Shown in pieces: positions 34,683 through 44,760 of a DNA stretch of 47,421 nt. Source of the stretch: a bacterium (GTDB taxonomy: Bacteria > Patescibacteriota > Minisyncoccia > Minisyncoccales > JAZDGI01); contig JAZDGI010000018.1 in assembly GCA_043807085.1 (NCBI GenBank), positions 1 to 47,421 on the forward strand, given 5' to 3'. Each line of letters begins with the position of its first letter. Positions within the stretch are counted from its first letter, which is position 1. The notes under the pieces are model-generated. The model was given only the letters and a program-made list of their open reading frames with translations, had not been told where the DNA came from and searched no databases. Both the position numbers and the translations under genes were made by a program.

Positions 34683-36440
34683 TTATTCTATGATGACGCG
34701 AAGAACTTCTTCTATTGAAGTTATCCCTTGAACCGCCTTGATTATTCCGTCCTCAATCATCGTGATCATTCCCTCGTTTTTGGCTCGCTCATGAATCTGG
34801 TCTGAAGTGGCGCGCTTGACAATTAGCTCTTTAATTGACTCGGTTACGGGCAAGACCTCGTAAATTCCAAGCCGGCCCATATAGCCGTCGGGCGCTTCTT
34901 TTGCCGGCTTGGGCCTGAAAAAGGGAATGCTCTTGAAAGAGGCTTTGGGCTTGACGATTTTTTCTTCCTGCAAAATTTTCAAAACCTTTTTTAAGTCGCA
35001 GTATTGGGCGATATTTTTTAATTCCGCTTCTTTCAAAATATACCTTTCTTTTTCAGGACAAAGTTTCCGAACCAATCTTTGGCCGATTATCAAATTCAAG
35101 GTGGAGGAAATCAAAAAAGGTTCAGCTTTCATATCAATCAAACGGGGAATGGCCCCAGCCGCCGAATTAGTGTGCAGGGTTGACAGAACCAAATGACCGG
35201 TCAGAGCCGCGTTAATCGCTAAAGCTGCTGTTTCGTTATCGCGGATTTCTCCGACCATAACAATGTCAGGGTCCTGCCTAACCAGAGATCTCAAGCCCGT
35301 GGAAAAACTAAGGCCGATCTTGGGATTTACCTGAGTCTGATTGATCCGCGGCATGCGGTATTCCACAGGGTCTTCAATGGTTGAAATGTTGACTCCCGGC
35401 GTATTCAAAATTTCCATCGCGGAATAAAGCGTGGTGGTTTTGCCCGAGCCTGTCGGCCCGGTGACCAAAATCATGCCTACGGGCTTTCTTAGGTTATTAT
35501 GGAAATCTTCCAAGGATTTTCTGAAAAACCCCAATTGCTCTAATGTAAAAGCCTTGGCGGTTTCCGACAAAAGCCGCATAACGATTTTTTCTCCGTCAAA
35601 AACCGGCAAAATTGAAACGCGGATTGAATACTTGTAATCTTCGGCTTCAATTTTAAAACGGCCGTCCTGGGGAAGCCGATGCTCGTCCAGCTTCAAATTG
35701 GAAAGAACCTTGATTCTTGCCACAATTCCAGGAGCGCCAACCTTGGGCAAAACCATTGCCTCTCTTAATATGCCGTCAATGCGATACCTGACCAACACTT
35801 CTTTTTCCGTGGGTTCAATATGAATGTCCGAAGCCCTCTGTAAAATAGCGTGCTTTAACAAAGTGTCAACAATTTTAATAACTGGGAGCTCTTGAGCGAT
35901 TTTTTGCAGCTCCTTGCTCTCTTCCTTTTCTTTCGCCCCCTCTCCGTCTGCGATTACTTTTATTCCGCCGGCTTCAGTTTTTATTATGTCGCCGAATTCC
36001 GCCTCAAGCGTTTTTTGATACTGACGAAGGACGTTTTTTATTCCTTCGGGCGTTGCCAAGCGGGGCAAAATTTTCAGATTGGCCGTCTTTTTTATAAACT
36101 CAACGGTCCCTAAATCTTCGGGATCAAGCATTGCCACCTCTAAATTACCCCCGGTTTTCCGAAAGGCGATAATATTGTGCGAACGGGCAATAGGCTCTGG
36201 AATCATTTTTAAAACTTCAGGCGGCACAGCCTCTTTTTCTAAATCCACAAAAGGAATGCCCAGAATATAAGCCTCCAACTTGACCAATTCTTCCTGCGAA
36301 ATAAGGTCTTCGGAAACCAAAATATCGCCCACTTTTTGGCCGGTGTCTTCGGCTTTTTTTCGGGCGGCTTCAAATTGTTCGCCAGAAACCAAGCTTGCGT
36401 CCAAAAGAAAGGCTTTTAATTGTTGCGGTTCAACGCGCAT
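34683..36440 (-). CDS. pilB: Type IV pilus extension ATPase PilB/GspE
   Basis: ASDIHIEP, RLPQDGR, GPTGSGKTTT, TIEDPVE and LTGHLVLSTLHTN. Confidence 0.95.
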   Translation of the reverse strand: MRVEPQQLKAFLLDASLVSGEQFEAARKKAEDTGQKVGDILVSEDLISQEELVKLEAYILGIPFVDLEKEAVPPEVLKMIPEPIARSHNIIAFRKTGGNLEVAMLDPEDLGTVEFIKKTANLKILPRLATPEGIKNVLRQYQKTLEAEFGDIIKTEAGGIKVIADGEGAKEKEESKELQKIAQELPVIKIVDTLLKHAILQRASDIHIEPTEKEVLVRYRIDGILREAMVLPKVGAPGIVARIKVLSNLKLDEHRLPQDGRFKIEAEDYKYSIRVSILPVFDGEKIVMRLLSETAKAFTLEQLGFFRKSLEDFHNNLRKPVGMILVTGPTGSGKTTTLYSAMEILNTPGVNISTIEDPVEYRMPRINQTQVNPKIGLSFSTGLRSLVRQDPDIVMVGEIRDNETAALAINAALTGHLVLSTLHTNSAAGAIPRLIDMKAEPFLISSTLNLIIGQRLVRKLCPEKERYILKEAELKNIAQYCDLKKVLKILQEEKIVKPKASFKSIPFFRPKPAKEAPDGYMGRLGIYEVLPVTESIKELIVKRATSDQIHERAKNEGMITMIEDGIIKAVQGITSIEEVLRVIIE

Positions 36441-36445
36441 AATTT

Positions 36446-36814
36446 TTACTCTCTGATAATATTTTTAATTTTTGCTGTAAGCTCGGCCAAGCTATATTGG
36501 GCTTTGACCAGATAAGTGGTCGCGCCCAGCTCCAAAACCTTATTGATGTCGGCCATACCCTCTAAATTAGTCAAAACGATTACCGGTATTTCTTTTGTTT
36601 TTTGATCTTCTTTCAACTTTTTTAAAACTTCAAATCCGTTAATCCTAGGCAGGATAAGATCAAGTAAAATTAAATCTGGCCGGCGGTCTTTGGCCAACCT
36701 TAATCCTATCTCCCCGTCTAAAGCGGAGATGACTTCGTAATTCTCCTGAGCCAAGTTGTCGCCAACGACTTTCTGGAGAGTCGACTCATCCTCAATAAAT
36801 AATATTGTTTTCAT
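36446..36814 (-). CDS. Single-domain response regulator
   Basis: IEDE, DLILLDLILP, LTN and YLVK; no output domain. Confidence 0.92.
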   Translation of the reverse strand: MKTILFIEDESTLQKVVGDNLAQENYEVISALDGEIGLRLAKDRRPDLILLDLILPRINGFEVLKKLKEDQKTKEIPVIVLTNLEGMADINKVLELGATTYLVKAQYSLAELTAKIKNIIRE

Positions 36815-37749
36815 TTAATTGGTAAAGTAAACCAGAAAGTACTGCCCTTTCCTTCCTGGCTTTTAAAACCGATCTTGCCTCCCGACCTTTTAATGATTGC
36901 CTTGGCGATATATAATCCCAGCCCCGATCCTTCGGTCTGGTGCCGTAGAGCGTTGGCTGACCGGAAAAATTTCTGAAAAATATATTTTTTATCAGCCTCG
37001 GGAATCCCCACTCCGCTATCAACGACCTCCACACAAATATTTCCTTTTCTCTTAAAAATTTTCAGCGCGATTTCCCCTTTTTCGCTAATATACCTTATGG
37101 CATTGTCTAAAAAAATTTCTATTACCTGAACAACCTGCGACTCGTCGGTAAAAACTCTAGGCAAATTGGCTGCATCGCTGATTTTAATTTCCACGTTTGA
37201 TGCCAAAGCGTAGGGTTTTACTGCTTTTGCCGCTTTTCCCGCCAAATCAACCAGAGAAACCTCCTTTTTGATAAAAGGAAGAGTTGCTGTTTCTATTCTG
37301 GAAACAATGAGCAAGTCGGAAATCAATTGCTCCATTCTGGCCGAGTTTTCCTTTAAGATCTTGAAATACTCTGCTTGCTTGTTTTCAATTTCTCCCAAAC
37401 GACCTGACATCAAAAAATCCGCCGCCCATTTTAAATTAGAAAGTGGAGATCTTAATTGATGGGAAACTATGCTGATAAATTCCGATTTCAAGCGGGCAAC
37501 TTCAGCCAGCCGGTCAAAAGAATGGATAATTATATAGGAAATAACAAATAACGCAGCGGCTGACAGGATAACGACCAAAGCGACAAGTTCTGGCGTTTCA
37601 ATGAATCGGTTGCCGATAAAATAAGCCAAAAGTATAGAAGCGATAATAACCGCGCCCATCATTAAAAAAAGAAGCTGGGGACACTGCCACAAAGGCAGGC
37701 CGTATTTTTTGCACTGACTAAAGATATTCAATCTTATTCCTTTGATCAT
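36811..37749 (-). CDS. Sensor histidine kinase (two TM helices)
   Basis: SHQLRSPL H-box, DNAIRY, DSGVGI and GSGLGL. Confidence 0.93.
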   Translation of the reverse strand: MIKGIRLNIFSQCKKYGLPLWQCPQLLFLMMGAVIIASILLAYFIGNRFIETPELVALVVILSAAALFVISYIIIHSFDRLAEVARLKSEFISIVSHQLRSPLSNLKWAADFLMSGRLGEIENKQAEYFKILKENSARMEQLISDLLIVSRIETATLPFIKKEVSLVDLAGKAAKAVKPYALASNVEIKISDAANLPRVFTDESQVVQVIEIFLDNAIRYISEKGEIALKIFKRKGNICVEVVDSGVGIPEADKKYIFQKFFRSANALRHQTEGSGLGLYIAKAIIKRSGGKIGFKSQEGKGSTFWFTLPIK

Positions 37750-37811
37750 TTATTCAATATAACATATCAAAGGATTGACCAAAAGCGAAAAAATAGATAT
37801 ATCTAAAACAT

Positions 37812-37882
37812 CGGGGTGTGGTGTAATGGCAGCACGAGTCCTTTGGGAGGATTTAGTTCCAGTTCAAGTCTGGACGCCCCGA
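37812..37882 (+). tRNA. tRNA-Pro(TGG)
   Basis: Acceptor CGGGGTG/CGCCCCG-A, anticodon arm AGTCC-TT-TGG-GA-GGATT. Confidence 0.93.
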
Positions 37883-37911
37883 ATATAAATTTTTAATACA
37901 GGTTTTAGTTT

Positions 37912-37982
37912 GCGGGCGTCGTATAACGGCATTACCTCAGCTTTCCAAGCTGATGACAGGGGTTCAATTCCCCTCGCCCGCT
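37912..37982 (+). tRNA. tRNA-Gly(TCC)
   Basis: Acceptor GCGGGCG/CGCCCGC-T, anticodon arm TCAGC-TT-TCC-AA-GCTGA. Confidence 0.95.
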
Positions 37983-38101
37983 AAGTTTTTACGAAGTAAA
38001 AACGCAAGCAAAGATAAAGGCAAGCAAACTTCATCGCCCGCTTGAGTCGCAACGAAAGCCAAGAAGAGATCTATCTCTTAGCCCGCTTGAGTCGCAACGA
38101 A
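37976..38101 (+). repeat. tRNA-Gly 3'-end-linked repeat array
   Basis: GCCCGCT at 37976, 38036 and 38081. The 21-bp GCCCGCTTGAGTCGCAACGAA is exact at 38036 and 38081, and each spacer contains a hairpin. Confidence 0.8.
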
Positions 38102-38111
38102 GCTTGTTTTT

Positions 38112-39644
38112 TTATTTTGCGTACTCCACCACTCTCATCTCGCGGATAACATTAACTTTAATTTCGCCTGGGTATCTTAGCTCGGCCTGAATTTTATTGG
38201 CAATGTCTCTGGCCAGTTTTTTGGCTCCGAAGTCGTCAATCTCTCCCGGTTTGACGAAAACCCTGATTTCCCTTCCAGCCTGCAAAGCCCATGCTTTTTC
38301 CACGCCGGAAAAAGTCAAGGCGATATTTTCCAGCTCGCCCAATCTTTTTAAATAATTTTCCAAAGTGTCTTTCCTGGCCCCGGGCCTGGCTCCTGAAATC
38401 TGGTCAGCTGACTGAACAATTCTTGATTCCAAACTTAAGTAAGGATATTCTTCGTGATGCGATTTGAAAGCGTCAATTACCTCTTTTTCTATGCCGAACT
38501 TCTCTAAAATTTTTATACCGATATCAACATGAGATCCTTCAATCTGCTGATCAACGGCTTTGCCAATATCATGCAAAAGACCGGCCTTTTTGCAGACTGA
38601 AACATTAGCGCCGATTTCAGCCGCCAAAGCCGAAGCCAAATGAGAAACCTCAATTGAGTGGATTAAAACATTCTGGCCGTAGCTTGTTCTGAAGCGAAGC
38701 CGGCCCAACAGCTGAATTAATTTTGGATCAAGCCCAATCACTCCTATATCATAGACCGCCGCCTCGCCAGCTTCTTTAATCTGGGAATTGATTTCTTTTT
38801 GCGCCTCTTCTACTTTTTCTTCTATGCGGGCTGGCTGTATCCTGCCGTCTTTTATCAATTTTTCCAAAGCAAGCTTGGCGATTTGGCGCCTGACAGGGTC
38901 AAAGCCTGAAATAACGACAGCTTCAGGAGTTTCGTCAATCATTATTTCAACCCCTGTTAATTTTTCCAAAGTCCGGATATTCCGGCCTTCTTTGCCGATA
39001 ATCCTGCCTTTGATTTCTTCCGAAGGCAAATTAAAAGTAGTGGTAGTGGTTTCCTGCGCCTGAGAAAGAGCGAGTTTCTGGATAACTTCCGCGATTATTT
39101 CCTTGGCTTTGTTTTCATAGCGGTCTTCGCCTTCCACTTCCAGCTTGCGCAATCTTTCCAAAAGATCTTTTTCGTATTCTTTTTCCAGGCCGAGCAGCAA
39201 TTCGGCCTTTGCCTCGGATTTTTTCAGCCCGGCGATTTTTTCCAGCTTTTCCAGGCTTTCTTTCCTTAAAATTTCCAAAGACTCTTTTACCTGCCTTAAT
39301 TTTTCAATTCTTTGATGAAAATCCTTTTCCCTGATATCAAACTCCAAAGATTTCTGCTCTAAAACGCTTTCTCTTTTTAAGAGCAGCTTTTCAGTTTTTA
39401 AGATATTTTCGTACCTTTCCTCGGTCTCTTTTTTAGATGCCTCCAGCAGGCCTTGAGCTTTTTCTTTTGCTCCAGAAACAATAATATCCGCTTCTTCTTT
39501 AGCTTTTTGGACTTTCTTCTGGATTGTTTGTTCTATTGTCCCAGCCCTTTTTCTGGCTATTGACTGCCGAATGTAATAGCCGAGAACCGCGCCTAAAACC
39601 AAAGAAAAAATGCCCGCTAAAAACGAAATGATAAATTGATTCAT
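38112..39644 (-). CDS. rny: Ribonuclease Y
   Basis: N-terminal TM and coiled coil, KGRIIGKEGRNIR KH domain, RTSYGQN and LLHDIGK HD domain. Confidence 0.97.
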   Translation of the reverse strand: MNQFIISFLAGIFSLVLGAVLGYYIRQSIARKRAGTIEQTIQKKVQKAKEEADIIVSGAKEKAQGLLEASKKETEERYENILKTEKLLLKRESVLEQKSLEFDIREKDFHQRIEKLRQVKESLEILRKESLEKLEKIAGLKKSEAKAELLLGLEKEYEKDLLERLRKLEVEGEDRYENKAKEIIAEVIQKLALSQAQETTTTTFNLPSEEIKGRIIGKEGRNIRTLEKLTGVEIMIDETPEAVVISGFDPVRRQIAKLALEKLIKDGRIQPARIEEKVEEAQKEINSQIKEAGEAAVYDIGVIGLDPKLIQLLGRLRFRTSYGQNVLIHSIEVSHLASALAAEIGANVSVCKKAGLLHDIGKAVDQQIEGSHVDIGIKILEKFGIEKEVIDAFKSHHEEYPYLSLESRIVQSADQISGARPGARKDTLENYLKRLGELENIALTFSGVEKAWALQAGREIRVFVKPGEIDDFGAKKLARDIANKIQAELRYPGEIKVNVIREMRVVEYAK

Positions 39645-39659
39645 AGTTTAAATTGGAAT

Positions 39660-40244
39660 TCATTTTTTTGCCTTGATAACTTCGTCAATAACCCCGTATT
39701 GCTTTGCTTCTTCGGCTGACAGATAAAAATCTCTGTCGGTGTCTCTCTCTACTTTTTCCAAGGGCTGGCCAGTGTGTTTTGAAACAATCTGATTCAGCCG
39801 GTCCTTGATCTTGATAATTTGTTTCGCGGTGATTTCCACTTCCACGGCAACGCCAGTGGCTCCGCCCATAACCTGGTGCAAAAGCACTTCGGAATTGGGC
39901 AGGGCAAAACGCTTTCCCTTTTCGCCGGCCGCCAATAAAATAGCGGCCATAGAGCCGGCCATACCCACGCAAAACGTGGAAACCGGCGGCTTAATGTGCT
40001 GCATGGTATCATAAATCGCCAGTCCGGCTGTAACTACCCCGCCCGGAGAATTGATATAAAGCTGAATGTCTTTTGCAGGATCTCTTGAAGCCAGAAATAA
40101 GAACTGAGCGATAATTGAATTGGCCACCGCGTCAGTTACGGGGCCGCCTAAAAAAATAATTCTGTCTTTTAAGAGCCGCGAATAAATGTCGTAAGCTCTT
40201 TCGCCGTATTGGCTTTTTTCTATTACTGTCGGTATCAAATTCAT
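39660..40244 (-). CDS. clpP: ATP-dependent Clp protease proteolytic subunit
   Basis: [23 protein letters not shown] and DRDFY. Confidence 0.97.
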   Translation of the reverse strand: MNLIPTVIEKSQYGERAYDIYSRLLKDRIIFLGGPVTDAVANSIIAQFLFLASRDPAKDIQLYINSPGGVVTAGLAIYDTMQHIKPPVSTFCVGMAGSMAAILLAAGEKGKRFALPNSEVLLHQVMGGATGVAVEVEITAKQIIKIKDRLNQIVSKHTGQPLEKVERDTDRDFYLSAEEAKQYGVIDEVIKAKK

Positions 40245-40259
40245 ATTCCTATTTTTCTA

Positions 40260-42254
40260 TTATACCAAAAAACCGACGATTAGTAAAGCTACTATGTTAA
40301 GCACCTTTATCATCGGATTAATGGCCGGGCCAGCCGTATCTTTGTAGGGGTCGCCAACCGTGTCGCCTGTCACGGCCGCCTGATGCGCCAGGGAACCCTT
40401 GCCCCCGAAAGCGCCGGCTTCTATGTATTTTTTAGCATTGTCCCAAGCCGCTCCTCCTGAAGTCATAGAAATAGCCACAAAAATACCGGTTATAATGGAA
40501 CCTATCAGCAGTCCGCCCAAAGCCTCTTTGCCCAAAACAAATCCCACTAAAAGCGGGGCGATAATCGGAATTAAAGCGGGTAGAATCATCTGCCTGATAG
40601 CGGCCTTGGTCACTATATCTACGCATTTTCCGTATTCTGGCTTTGCTTCAAGCTCAAGCAACCCCTTTATTTCTTTGAACTGCCGCCTTACTTCGTCCAC
40701 CACCTTAGCCGCTGCTTTTCCGACGGCATTCATAGCCATAGAAGCAAAATAATAAGGCAGGAGGCCGCCCAAAAACAGGCCGGCCAAAACTTTAGGGTCG
40801 CTTAAAAGAAATTTAACCTCACTGCCAAGATTGGCTAATTCCTGCGTATAAGATGAAAAAATAACCAAAGCCGCCAGTCCGGCGGAAGCAATCGCATATC
40901 CTTTGGTAATCGCTTTGGTGGTGTTTCCCACGGAATCTAAAGCGTCGGTTGTTTCCCTGACCTTGTCCGGGAACCCCGACATTTCAGCAATTCCTCCGGC
41001 GTTATCGGTGATAGGCCCGTAAGAATCTATTGCCACAATAATGCCGGCCAAAGAAAGCATGCTTACCGCGGCAATAGCAATGCCATAAAGTCCGGCCAGC
41101 CAGAAGCTGGCCAAAATCCCTACGCTGATTAAAACAGCAGGCAAAGCCGTTGCCTGCAAACCCACTGCCAGGCCAGCGATAATGTTGGTGGCATGGCCGC
41201 TTTGGGAAGCTTCGGCTATTGATTGTACCGGCCTCCGGTTTTTTGAGGTGAAATATTCAGTGATAACCATCATTCCGGCGGTTATCAAAAGCCCAATCAG
41301 GGAAGCGAGGTAAAGTCCGGTGGTTGAAAACCCCTCGCTGGTAATAGATATTTTGCTTATGACGAAATAAAAGCCGACAGCTGACAGCGCGGCCGAAGCC
41401 GCCAGCCCTTTATATAAAGCGGCCATAATTCCCTGCGATTTTCCCAGTCTGACAAAAAAAGTGCCGATAATAGAGCCGAGAATGGAAATTGAACCGAGAA
41501 AAAGCGGTAAAAGAACCAGCTGGGGATTAGGAGAGATCAAAGACCCCAAAATCATTGCGGCGACAGACGTGACCGCGTAAGTCTCAAAAAGATCAGCAGC
41601 CATCCCAGCGCAATCTCCGACATTGTCTCCCACCTGGTCGGCAATAACTGCCGGGTTGCGCGGGTCGTCTTCAGGTATTCCTTTTTCAACTTTGCCCACC
41701 AAGTCCGCTCCCACGTCAGCCGCTTTAGTGTAAATTCCGCCGCCCAGCCTGGCAAAAACTGAAATCAAAGACCCGCCCAGGCCCAAAGCGATTAAGGCTT
41801 TCAGGTCTTGGGTAAAAAAATAAAAAGCGGAAACCGAAAGAAGCCCGAGTCCGGCCACTAAAAAGCCGGTCACCGATCCTCCCTGAAAAGAAAGGGTCAA
41901 AGCGGCTTTCAGTCCTTTTTTGGCAGCTTCAGCCACTTTGACATTGGCTGATGTTGAAATCATCATCCCGACAAAGCCGGAAATGCCGGAAGCCAAGGCT
42001 CCCACCAAAAAACCGAGCGCGGTTTTAAATCCCAGGGAAGGCGTGAACAATAAAATAACAAAGATAATCGCAGCGACAATGCCAATGGTCTTGTATTGCC
42101 TGGCTAAAAAAGATTTCGCTCCTTCTTTTATCGCCATGGATATGCCAATTTGCTTTCCTTCGCCAGACGGAGCTGACTGGATTTTTTTAATCAGAAAGAA
42201 GGCGAAGATAAGCGAAATGACGGAGACAACGATGGGAAAATAGAAAGATGACAT
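40260..42254 (-). CDS. hppA: Membrane-integral pyrophosphatase, K+-independent H+-pumping type
   Basis: [30 protein letters not shown] and GNTTKA. Confidence 0.93.
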   Translation of the reverse strand: MSSFYFPIVVSVISLIFAFFLIKKIQSAPSGEGKQIGISMAIKEGAKSFLARQYKTIGIVAAIIFVILLFTPSLGFKTALGFLVGALASGISGFVGMMISTSANVKVAEAAKKGLKAALTLSFQGGSVTGFLVAGLGLLSVSAFYFFTQDLKALIALGLGGSLISVFARLGGGIYTKAADVGADLVGKVEKGIPEDDPRNPAVIADQVGDNVGDCAGMAADLFETYAVTSVAAMILGSLISPNPQLVLLPLFLGSISILGSIIGTFFVRLGKSQGIMAALYKGLAASAALSAVGFYFVISKISITSEGFSTTGLYLASLIGLLITAGMMVITEYFTSKNRRPVQSIAEASQSGHATNIIAGLAVGLQATALPAVLISVGILASFWLAGLYGIAIAAVSMLSLAGIIVAIDSYGPITDNAGGIAEMSGFPDKVRETTDALDSVGNTTKAITKGYAIASAGLAALVIFSSYTQELANLGSEVKFLLSDPKVLAGLFLGGLLPYYFASMAMNAVGKAAAKVVDEVRRQFKEIKGLLELEAKPEYGKCVDIVTKAAIRQMILPALIPIIAPLLVGFVLGKEALGGLLIGSIITGIFVAISMTSGGAAWDNAKKYIEAGAFGGKGSLAHQAAVTGDTVGDPYKDTAGPAINPMIKVLNIVALLIVGFLV

Positions 42255-42268
42255 AAATATAAATAAAG

Positions 42269-43432
42269 TTAGTTTTTAATTTCTTCTTTGCCCTCTGACT
42301 CCGCCGGCTCCTCCGGAACCTCCGCGCTCCTGACGTCTATTTTCCATCCGGTAAGCTTAGCGGCCAATCTCACATTCTGCCCTTCTTTGCCTATAGCCAA
42401 AGACAGCTGGTCTGAAGGCACCAAAGCCAAAGCTTTATTTTTAGGCATAATTTTTACTTCAACAATTTTTGCCGGACTCAAAGCGTTGGCAATAAATTTA
42501 GCCGGATCTTCAGCATATTCAATAATATCAATTTTTTCCCCAGCCAGCTCGCTGATCACCGCCTGAACCCTCGTGCCGCGCTGGCCAACCGCAGCCCCTA
42601 TGGGATCTACTCCTTCGGTATTGGTGGAAACGGCAATTTTCGTCCTTGAACCAGCTTCTCTAGCCAAAGAATTTATTTGAACTTGGCCCTGGGCAATTTC
42701 CGGCACTTCCAATTCAAAAAGCTTAGAAACCAATTTCGGGTAAGCGCGGGACAAAAAGATCATCGGCCCGCGGGAAGTTTCCTCCACCTTTAAAATAAAA
42801 ACGCGCAGTCTTTGGCCCGGCCGGTAAAACTCGCCTGGCACCTGCTCTTCTCTGAGCATTATTCCCAGGGTTTTGCCAATGTCTAGAAGAACGTTTTGTC
42901 CCTCAATTCTCTGGACAATCGCGGAAACGACCCCTCCTTCCTTAGATTTGTATTCGCTTAAAATGCCTTCTCTTTCGGCCTCTTTGATTTTTTGGAGAAT
43001 AACTTGCTTGGCGGTTTGGGTGGCGATACGGCCGTATTCGGCAATTGTTTCCAGGGGAATTTCCAGCTCCTCTTCCGCTTTTATTTTTGGATTGATTTTT
43101 TTCGCCTCGTCAACCATAATATGCCTTTCCGGGTTGAAACGTATTTTGGTTTCTTTCTCTCCTGCTTCGTCTTCTTTTTTTTCTTTCATTTCCAAAAGCT
43201 CGCTTTCGGAGTAAATCATTTTTTCGTCCACCACCTGCTTTACCTGCCAAAAACAAAGCTCGCCGGTTTTTGGGTCAAGCTTTGATTTAATTACCTGTCC
43301 TTTTTTTCCGTAATCTTTTTTGTAAGCCGCGGCAATGGCCGACTCAATCGTTTCCCAGACTTTTTCCGGAACTATGCCTCTTTCTTCGGCAATTTGGCTG
43401 ATAGCTGAAGCAAAATTTTTAGTGTCTAACAT
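42269..43432 (-). CDS. nusA: Transcription termination/antitermination factor NusA
   Basis: [23 protein letters not shown] and [23 protein letters not shown]. Confidence 0.97.
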   Translation of the reverse strand: MLDTKNFASAISQIAEERGIVPEKVWETIESAIAAAYKKDYGKKGQVIKSKLDPKTGELCFWQVKQVVDEKMIYSESELLEMKEKKEDEAGEKETKIRFNPERHIMVDEAKKINPKIKAEEELEIPLETIAEYGRIATQTAKQVILQKIKEAEREGILSEYKSKEGGVVSAIVQRIEGQNVLLDIGKTLGIMLREEQVPGEFYRPGQRLRVFILKVEETSRGPMIFLSRAYPKLVSKLFELEVPEIAQGQVQINSLAREAGSRTKIAVSTNTEGVDPIGAAVGQRGTRVQAVISELAGEKIDIIEYAEDPAKFIANALSPAKIVEVKIMPKNKALALVPSDQLSLAIGKEGQNVRLAAKLTGWKIDVRSAEVPEEPAESEGKEEIKN

Positions 43433-43444
43433 TAGGTTAATTTA

Positions 43445-43506
43445 AAAAATATGCCCGCTTCTGGCGGACTTAATCTATCTTAACAAAAGCCCAGCCATCC
43501 TGTCAA
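43445..43506 (-). promoter_or_regulatory. nusA promoter plus a leader hairpin with T-tract (putative attenuator)
   Basis: TTGACA-N18-TAAGAT, then GTCCGC-CAGAA-GCGGGC-ATATTTTTT. Confidence 0.6.
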
Positions 43507-43519
43507 CCCCCGCATGCTT

Positions 43520-44626
43520 TTATCCGGCCCAATAATTATTTACAAAAAGAATGATGTTCATTGCCAAAAGCAATGTAGAAAAAAAAATATAAGCAAGCTG
43601 CTGGCGCTGATTTTTAACCAAGGCGATCAATATAAAAATCGGAAATAGAACCAAAAGATAGCGCCCAATGCTCATAAATGTTCCCGTACCCAAAGCAACA
43701 AGAAGCGTAGTCGACATATAAAGCCCGTAAGAAGTCCGCAATTTTTTAAAAACGAAATACGTTGCGATAATAGCGAAAATTACGAATAATAAATCAGTGA
43801 ATAAATTAGCCGCAGCCGGATTGGTGAGCAATAGAAAATGATCCTTATTAAGGCTAAACGCTCTGCCCCACCAGCCTTCAACTTTTAAAAAAAGAAAAAA
43901 ATCTCCGAACTTAAAATAATGGAAAAGAAAAAATCCAAGAGTGCCGAGAGGAACTAAAAAAATTGATAAAAAGTTTTCATTAAAAGGTTGGTGAAATTTA
44001 AAATTTTTAAAATATTCCCAAATCAACGGAATAAACAATAAGATGCCGGTTACCCTTGTTAAAGAAGCGAAAAAACCAAAAATCCCGGCAAGACAGAATT
44101 TCTTTTTAAACGCATAGTAAAAAGCCGCTATGGAAAGAAAAAGAAACAGAGATTCCGTGTAAATTGCGTTAAGAAAAAAAGCGGTGGGAAAAATAAGGAG
44201 GAGCGCAAGAGGCAGCTGATAATTAATTTCGTTATGAAATTCTCGAACTAGCCTTGAGAAATAAAAGAGGGCTAAAAACAAAAAAATCAGGCTTAAAATC
44301 CAACCAGCAAAAATAAAATTTCCGCCAATGAAAAAAGATGCCGCTCTAATCAATAATGGATACAAAGGAAAGAAAACGATATTGGATAATTTCTCGGGTC
44401 CCTTGAAAATATATCCGTTCTGCGCAATATCCAGATACCAAAAAGAATCCCAATGGGCGTGCAAAGAAACCGGATTCCATTGCTGATTTTGAGAAAATTG
44501 GTTTGGGTCAATCCACGTATAAGCCGTATCGCTCTTCAAATTAAATCTATTGAGAGCCAAAACCGCAAAACAATTGACGATGACGACCCATAGAACAAAC
44601 GAGACGATAATCTTTTTTACATTCAT
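43520..44626 (-). CDS. GT-C fold mannosyltransferase (PIG-V-like)
   Basis: HWDSFWYLDIAQNGY, FFPLYP, AIYTESLF, LTRVTG and SIGRY; many TM helices. Confidence 0.88.
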   Translation of the reverse strand: MNVKKIIVSFVLWVVIVNCFAVLALNRFNLKSDTAYTWIDPNQFSQNQQWNPVSLHAHWDSFWYLDIAQNGYIFKGPEKLSNIVFFPLYPLLIRAASFFIGGNFIFAGWILSLIFLFLALFYFSRLVREFHNEINYQLPLALLLIFPTAFFLNAIYTESLFLFLSIAAFYYAFKKKFCLAGIFGFFASLTRVTGILLFIPLIWEYFKNFKFHQPFNENFLSIFLVPLGTLGFFLFHYFKFGDFFLFLKVEGWWGRAFSLNKDHFLLLTNPAAANLFTDLLFVIFAIIATYFVFKKLRTSYGLYMSTTLLVALGTGTFMSIGRYLLVLFPIFILIALVKNQRQQLAYIFFSTLLLAMNIILFVNNYWAG

Positions 44627-44669
44627 AAATAATCGCTAAAATTACCAGACGCTCAGCGTCTAACGAGTG

Positions 44670-44740
44670 TGGACCTGGGCAGGATCGAACTGCCGTCCCC
44701 GCAATGCGAATGCGGTGTATTGCCACTATACTACAGGCCC
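44670..44740 (-). tRNA. tRNA-Ala(CGC)
   Basis: G3:U70 pair, anticodon arm CCGCA-TT-CGC-AT-TGCGG. Confidence 0.93.
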
Positions 44741-44760
44741 TTTTGAATGTTTTTCATGCC

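Noticed and set aside
38036-38101. Possible CRISPR array
   Set aside because: Only two 21-bp repeats, derived from the tRNA end; spacers are self-complementary and related to another locus; no cas genes in the window.
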